From an uncultured Chloroflexia bacterium (GTDB taxonomy: Bacteria; Chloroflexota; Chloroflexia; QHBQ01; JADMIH01), in contig CAWCNY010000003.1 of NCBI GenBank assembly GCA_963797095.1, positions 192,001 to 256,000 of the forward strand: a DNA stretch of 64,000 bases. Direction: 5' to 3'. The position numbers were made by a program, and so were the translations under genes. Under the pieces are notes generated by a model that was given only the letters and a program-made list of their open reading frames with translations, was not told the DNA's origin and searched no databases. Shown here piece after piece: positions 58,620 through 64,000 of this stretch; positions within the stretch are counted from its first letter, which is position 1; each line of letters starts with the position of its first letter.

Positions 58620-58701
58620 GCACCTCGCAGGCGGTCGTGAACCGCCCTGAGAGAGTGTGTATGATTAGGAAGCTAGAGACTTATACTCAGAGTTCTCATG
58701 A

Positions 58702-59400
58702 TTGGGGAGGAACCGGCAACTGGACAAGCCCTGGGAAATAGACATCAGTATATACGACGATGAGGCTCAGTTACTGGAGGGATTGCGCCGGCGCGACCGC
58801 TTCGCCTGCACCTGCCTGCTCAAGCGCTTCATGCCGCGCCTCTACCGGCTCGCCTTGCAGGTTACCGGGAACGATGCCGACGCGCAGGACGCTTTGCAGG
58901 AGGGCTTCATCAAAGCATGTGGGCAGATGGAGAATTTCGACGGACGCAGCGAGTTAGGTACATGGCTTTACCGAATTGTGCTCAATGCCTCGCTCATGCA
59001 GCTTCGCAAGCGCAGGTCTGACGCAGTAGCCGCAGTAGCGCTGCCCGATTACGGCGATGAAGAGCAGGTCAGCCCAATTGAGCAGATCCCTGATAGTGGG
59101 CACGATCCGGGCGAACACTTGGTGGCCGGAGAACTACGAGGAAAGGTGGACCAGGCCATATTACTCCTTCCTGACACCCTGCGGGCGGCCTTCGTACTCC
59201 GTGACCTTGAAGAGCTGAGCACAAAGGAAGCCGCAGAAGCACTTGGAATTGGCGAAGCGGCGCTAAAAGTCCGACTGCATCGTGCTCGGCTCGCCCTGCG
59301 GGAAGCACTCGCACCGTACCTATCGGAACATGGCGTATCCATGGGAAGTCCTGCCCTTCGAACAGGCGGAACAGATGGAAAGCAAAGGAGTGAAAGATGA
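58702..59400 (+). CDS. ECF RNA polymerase sigma factor
   Basis: DAQDALQEGF, FDGRSELGTWLYRI, LRDLEELST.EAA..LG, KVRLHRAR. Confidence 0.93.
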   Translation: MGRNRQLDKPWEIDISIYDDEAQLLEGLRRRDRFACTCLLKRFMPRLYRLALQVTGNDADAQDALQEGFIKACGQMENFDGRSELGTWLYRIVLNASLMQLRKRRSDAVAAVALPDYGDEEQVSPIEQIPDSGHDPGEHLVAGELRGKVDQAILLLPDTLRAAFVLRDLEELSTKEAAEALGIGEAALKVRLHRARLALREALAPYLSEHGVSMGSPALRTGGTDGKQRSER

Positions 59401-60173
59401 ATCCCCGGAACGCCGATAGTGCCGGTGCCTATGCAGCAGGAATAGGTGCGCCTTGCGAGCGGGCATACGAATTGCTCGGCAGGCTGAACAGATCAGGCGC
59501 TGATCCTGCCAATCCCGCCGATGACGACGCTGCATTGATGGAAGAGATCGCCGACCACTTCGAACGCTGCGCTCGCTGCCATAAGGACGAAGAAGCCGTG
59601 GAAGAACTGGTGGCTCTTTACAGGTCGTCCACGTCGTCGTACGGCCCTCCATTCCCTCCACTGCCCTCAAGCCTGGAGCAGCGCCTGCTTGATGCAGTAT
59701 GCGGCCAGTATGGTAATAGTATCGAAAGGGAAGGAACAAAGGATATGTCTACAGTAAGACAATTGGAAAAATCGTCAGTGTACGGCTTCGGCACGAGCCT
59801 TAAAGTGTCCATAGACGAGGCAATAGAGCGAGTTACCGCGGCACTCAAAGAGGAGGGCTTCGGGGTGCTCACTACTATCGACGTGAAGCAGACGATGAAG
59901 CAAAAGCTGGATATCGACTTCGAGCCTTACTTCATATTGGGCGCCTGCAACCCTCGCCTTGCACATCGCGCTCTCGAAGCAGTTCACGATGTCGGCTTGC
60001 TGCTGCCCTGCAACGTGATCGTGCACGCACATGGCGGCCAGACGAGAGTGGAGATCGCCGATCCCATAGCTATGCTGGGCATCGTGCAGGCAAGCGAGCT
60101 TGAGGGCATAGCACAGGAAGCGCGCTCCCGCCTGCAAAGGGTTATCCAAAGGCTGGAGGCCGCACCAGCGTAG
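59397..60173 (+). CDS. Zinc-finger anti-sigma-like domain in frame with a DUF302 protein (internal ATG 59745)
   Basis: C...HFERCARC (HxxxCxxC); then EGFGVLTTIDV, ILGACNP, GLLLPCNV; SD-like AAGGA before 59745. Confidence 0.8.
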   Translation: MNPRNADSAGAYAAGIGAPCERAYELLGRLNRSGADPANPADDDAALMEEIADHFERCARCHKDEEAVEELVALYRSSTSSYGPPFPPLPSSLEQRLLDAVCGQYGNSIEREGTKDMSTVRQLEKSSVYGFGTSLKVSIDEAIERVTAALKEEGFGVLTTIDVKQTMKQKLDIDFEPYFILGACNPRLAHRALEAVHDVGLLLPCNVIVHAHGGQTRVEIADPIAMLGIVQASELEGIAQEARSRLQRVIQRLEAAPA

Positions 60174-60292
60174 GGTGCAGGCTGCTGCGTCCGCTGGCGG
60201 GAAACATGCTCTGTATCATATTTACCAAAACAGAATCCGAATTAAGAGAGCAACCTAAAGAGACAACTATACAAGGAAAGGATGTACAGAAT

Positions 60293-60712
60293 ATGAACTC
60301 AACCAACACACAAGTCACAACACAAATCGCATCTGCTGCTGGAGCGAATGGCAAGATCAACGTCGTAACAGATAAGGATTTCGTTGGAGCCGTACTGGAG
60401 GCGGAAACACCCGTACTGGTGGACTTCTGGGCGCCGTGGTGCGGCCCGTGCAAGTACATGGGACCCGTGTTCGCGGAAGTAGCTCCGGAGTACGAAGGCA
60501 AAGTGAAGTTTGCCAAGCTGGACGTAGATGAGAACCCTGACGTTGCAGGCGCACTGGGGATCCAAAGCATCCCAACGCTCATGCTCATCAAGGGCAGGAC
60601 CGTATACGCCGAGCAAGCGGGGGCAATGCGCCCTAACGATCTGCGCTCTTGGATTGACCAAGGGCTGGATCATATGGCATCGGTACAGGCAAACAACGGT
60701 GACAAGGCCTAG
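60293..60712 (+). CDS. trxA: Thioredoxin
   Basis: VLVDFWAPWCGPCK, IQSIPTL. Confidence 0.93.
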   Translation: MNSTNTQVTTQIASAAGANGKINVVTDKDFVGAVLEAETPVLVDFWAPWCGPCKYMGPVFAEVAPEYEGKVKFAKLDVDENPDVAGALGIQSIPTLMLIKGRTVYAEQAGAMRPNDLRSWIDQGLDHMASVQANNGDKA

Positions 60713-60921
60713 GTGCGATCAGCCAACGCTTGTGATCATCTGCGGCGAGGTTACGACGTTAGATGTACCCACGTGGTCCCGCCATTGCCTCGCCACAGAT
60801 AGGCAGGCGCTTGCGGGAAAGTAGCGAAACTAGCAAAGATACAAGGGAACAGTTGGGGTCAGGATACGCAACCCTGAACCATTACAGCTTATCAGAAGAC
60901 TTCGCGCCCAACGAGACGTGC

Positions 60922-60960
60922 TGGGTTGGGTTGGGGACCTGCCAACCCAACCCAACCTTT
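60922..60960 (+). terminator. Hairpin, possible terminator
   Basis: TGGGTTGGGTTGG-7 nt-CCAACCCAACCCA followed by ACCTTT. Confidence 0.45.
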
Positions 60961-61158
60961 GCCGATTGTTAGCCAGGATGTGGAACCTGGTGTGCAAGCT
61001 GCTGTCCGTGCTGTCTCCGTACAGCCCCATGAGCGGGAGAATGAGACGCAACTTGATGTGAATGTCCTCTGGTATTCCGGGCACGATCGAGCTATCCAGA
61101 CACCAGGGTCGGGATGGTGCCTGGTACCTTGATAAGTTAAGAGGACGAAGGGTTGGAA

Positions 61159-61608
61159 ATGGGAAAGCGGGGAGAGGGCTGGGTAATATTGCAGGCACTG
61201 CTCCTGCTCGTCATACTGTTAGTCCCAAGGATCATCAGCCTGGGATTCCCATGGTGGGTACGGGTGTTGGGTGGTGCGATGATAATCACTGCGCTGGTTA
61301 TTCTGTTAGCTGGCGCTTTGGCTCTCGGGCGAAACCTTACCCCATTCCCAAGGCCGGTCCCTGACGGACACCTTATTACGGGCGGCATCTACGGTATCGT
61401 GCGTCACCCGCTTTACGCGGCGCTGATTGTGGGCGCCATCGGCTGGGGCGTGCTAAGCGACAATCTACTTGCCATAGCCCTGGGAGCCGTCCTTTTCCTG
61501 TTTTTCGATTTGAAATCCAGGCGCGAAGAGAAGTGGCTGGCGCAGGCATACCCGGACTACGCGAGTTATCGACGTCGGGTCAAGAAACTCATACCATGGG
61601 TATACTAA
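61159..61608 (+). CDS. Isoprenylcysteine carboxyl methyltransferase/PEMT-family membrane protein
   Basis: LITGGIYGIVRHPLY, REEKWL, Y..YRRRV..LIP. Confidence 0.9.
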   Translation: MGKRGEGWVILQALLLLVILLVPRIISLGFPWWVRVLGGAMIITALVILLAGALALGRNLTPFPRPVPDGHLITGGIYGIVRHPLYAALIVGAIGWGVLSDNLLAIALGAVLFLFFDLKSRREEKWLAQAYPDYASYRRRVKKLIPWVY

Positions 61609-61801
61609 CAAGTAAAGATTTCCTGGTGACCAGACCTAACGCCACGCTAACAATGCTAGCAGGGATGGCAGACCAAAGGCGATACAAGGCCTGTGAGTTA
61701 TGAAGACGCGCGGTCACGTCTATCCGCGCGAAGCGGCCCATCTCTTTCAATCTATACACCAACGCCACGACCACACGGCCACGGCCATGGCAATTTTACC
61801 C

Positions 61802-63982
61802 TCAATCGCCCTCAATCGTCTCACTCATATCAAGCAGATAACGCTCAAAACGCAAGGCGTATTGGTGATGCCTTTCTGCTTCCTTCAGGTTCCCACCAGC
61901 CGCAGCTTGCTCAGCCAACAAAAGCTCCATCTTTCGCCGCTCTCGCAGCCGAGGAGCACGCTCTGGAGATGTAATGAAGCGCGAGCAATAGAGGTAAAGG
62001 TCGCACTCACACGGGCCCTCTTCCGGAAGCCGCAGGCATTCCCCCAACTCAAGCTCTGTCTTGATGAACCGAGCCTTCAACCACTCCACATCTGAAGCGG
62101 ACACTCTGGACGTACGAAGGATCTCGGCGAAAGGGCCCGCTACAGGCATACCAGGCCGCAATTCAGTGCGCAGGGCGGCGCTGTAGTCATCGAGCATATC
62201 CTGGTCGTTGATATGCAAGTAGACCATGGTGTGGTTGGCACTTTCGTGGCCGAGCACCCTCATGATCGTGTTCAGCTTGGCTCCCTTCCTCGCCAGTTGT
62301 GTAGCAACGGTATGGCGGAACCGGTGGGCTGTGACCTTGGCCTTGCCGTCTGGCGTGACGAGACCTGCTCTCTTGCAAGCCATCTTCAGTGACACTTCGA
62401 ACAAGTATGCTGACGAGTAGCGCTTGCCATGATGAGTGAACAGGTAATGTGTCTCCAGTCCCGTGTGATGATCTCTCAGCCCTCGACCTACTCTGGGTCG
62501 AATAGACAAGAGGTACCGGATTGCCTCGGCAGCTTCTTCATGCAAAGGCACCATCCGCTCCCTATTAGTCTTGCCTGGAGGGATACGAAGACGAGGAGTG
62601 CCGTCAGGGTAACTATCCAGGCAATCTACTTCAAGCCGACAGATCTCGTCCCTCCGGGCACCGCTCCATCGAGCGATGAGCAGAGCAGCGCGCTGATAGG
62701 GACATTCCATACTTCGGATAACCTGCATTAGCCGTTCAAGCTCATCGTCGGGGATGTACCTGGGCAAATACATCGCTCGTTTGGGCAGGTCTCCTCTACT
62801 CAGCAGTGGCCGGTTCGGTACATCCATCTCCCCGTTTCTACCCCTACCGCCCTCCCTCGGCTCCATCCAATTAGACCACTCAGAGATCCGCCTGAAGAAG
62901 ACGTTCAGTGCCGACAACACGCCAATCTTGGCGCTCAACGAGTAGGGTCTCTTGCTAGTCACGCCCACCATGCCGTTGAGGTACTCAGCGAACTCCAGCA
63001 GGTCTTCCCGCGTGACGCTAGCCAAACTTTCGAGCTCCGGGTGAGCACTTATCAGCCACCGGACAAAGAGGGTGAGGGCCAGTCCTATGCTCAGTATAGT
63101 TGCCGGCCGATCTACAAGCTGTCGCTCCCTTATGTACCGGTCAATCACAGCCCCGATACGGGGTGTATGCGCCCAGGCCCGCGGGGCTATGCCTTTAGGC
63201 TGGGATCTGTGTGGCTCCCGAGACACCTGGCCTCTGTGATACAGGACCACGTTCAGTACGTGAAGGCCATAGGAGTATTCCACGAGTGCTCGATGATATC
63301 GCGTTTCAGATCCGAAGTAGAGGGCAATATCTGGGCGCTCTCCCAACTTACGGGCGGCCTGCAGGTATTCGTCAAGGTGATCATCGGTGATGTCCTCAGA
63401 GCGAGTGATGCCCGTGTGCAGAAAGATGCGGCCCATGACGGAGCGAAGTTCCTGAACTGCAGCATGCCGGTTATAGCCCAACCTTACCGCCTCTTCAACC
63501 AGCGCTGGCACGCCAAGGTCTATGTCAAAGTATTCCAGTAGCTTCAATACGCGCAGCACCGGCATTGCGAGTATCCATTCCAGGTCGAAACGAGCGTAGC
63601 CACGTGTCGCCAGATACATAAGGTACGGTCGCGCCCTGAATGACACCACGTTAGTGGGTGGATTCTTGTTGCTTTCATTGCGCCCTTGGCCGTAAAGACG
63701 ACCAATTCGCTCTGGTAAGGGCGCGGCGAACCACTTATTCAGATCCGGATATTTCCAGGTGAACCGGGAATACGAGAGATGCAGCTTGTTGAAGTTAGCC
63801 TCTGTCTTCGTATATTCATGGAGGAAAGCAGAGTACTCTGCCAGACTGGCGTGCTTGTATTGGAATTGTGCTTGAGGGGGTTGAGGCTGGGACAGCGAGC
63901 GAAGTATCCCGGTTGAAGAAAGAGCGTCCACAGAGTCGCTTACAGCGGACTTGGTGGGCCTGGGCGATCTGTATGATCTCAC
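61802..63982 (-). CDS. Large tyrosine recombinase (Tn554 TnpB/RIT-like) with Cys-rich C-terminal tail
   Basis: SGARRDE (R), GKT (K), HRFRH, LGH, TMVY catalytic set; tail LGECLR...CECDLYLYC; start uncertain, near window edge. Confidence 0.9.
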   Translation of the reverse strand: MRSYRSPRPTKSAVSDSVDALSSTGILRSLSQPQPPQAQFQYKHASLAEYSAFLHEYTKTEANFNKLHLSYSRFTWKYPDLNKWFAAPLPERIGRLYGQGRNESNKNPPTNVVSFRARPYLMYLATRGYARFDLEWILAMPVLRVLKLLEYFDIDLGVPALVEEAVRLGYNRHAAVQELRSVMGRIFLHTGITRSEDITDDHLDEYLQAARKLGERPDIALYFGSETRYHRALVEYSYGLHVLNVVLYHRGQVSREPHRSQPKGIAPRAWAHTPRIGAVIDRYIRERQLVDRPATILSIGLALTLFVRWLISAHPELESLASVTREDLLEFAEYLNGMVGVTSKRPYSLSAKIGVLSALNVFFRRISEWSNWMEPREGGRGRNGEMDVPNRPLLSRGDLPKRAMYLPRYIPDDELERLMQVIRSMECPYQRAALLIARWSGARRDEICRLEVDCLDSYPDGTPRLRIPPGKTNRERMVPLHEEAAEAIRYLLSIRPRVGRGLRDHHTGLETHYLFTHHGKRYSSAYLFEVSLKMACKRAGLVTPDGKAKVTAHRFRHTVATQLARKGAKLNTIMRVLGHESANHTMVYLHINDQDMLDDYSAALRTELRPGMPVAGPFAEILRTSRVSASDVEWLKARFIKTELELGECLRLPEEGPCECDLYLYCSRFITSPERAPRLRERRKMELLLAEQAAAGGNLKEAERHHQYALRFERYLLDMSETIEGD

Positions 63983-64000
63983 TGCTGGTTCCTCCTCTCT

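Overview
GC-rich bacterial chromosomal window, most consistent with Chloroflexota (C-terminal FPETGH/FERAVFEYHP repeat protein, PMT/PA14 glycosyltransferases; taxonomy is inference). Left to right: parB (partial) and parA; a complete single-ORF IS66 with 13-bp TIRs and an 8-bp target duplication; a catalytically degenerate caspase fused to a membrane KAP NTPase; radC; an envelope glycosylation cluster; a fluoride riboswitch with DUF190-crcB; a T-box with trpS; an FRG-AlkZ-Nth repair cluster flanked by decayed toxin-antitoxin pairs; transport and metabolic genes; and deoC plus an ALDH16-type dehydrogenase split by inserted HEPN and nuclease genes. From 51858 lies a probable island: a 985-bp transposase-less Tn3-type mini-element carrying an HTH gene, a two-component/ECF/thiol-redox cargo block and a large tyrosine recombinase. 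The best unexplained signals are an exact 56-bp-period non-coding array fused to a 25-bp hairpin (44749-44967), the pseudo-caspase-KAP fusion and the mini-Tn3 element. Five or six genes carry +1 frameshifts that are probably sequencing errors. All calls come from reading the sequence; no searches were run.
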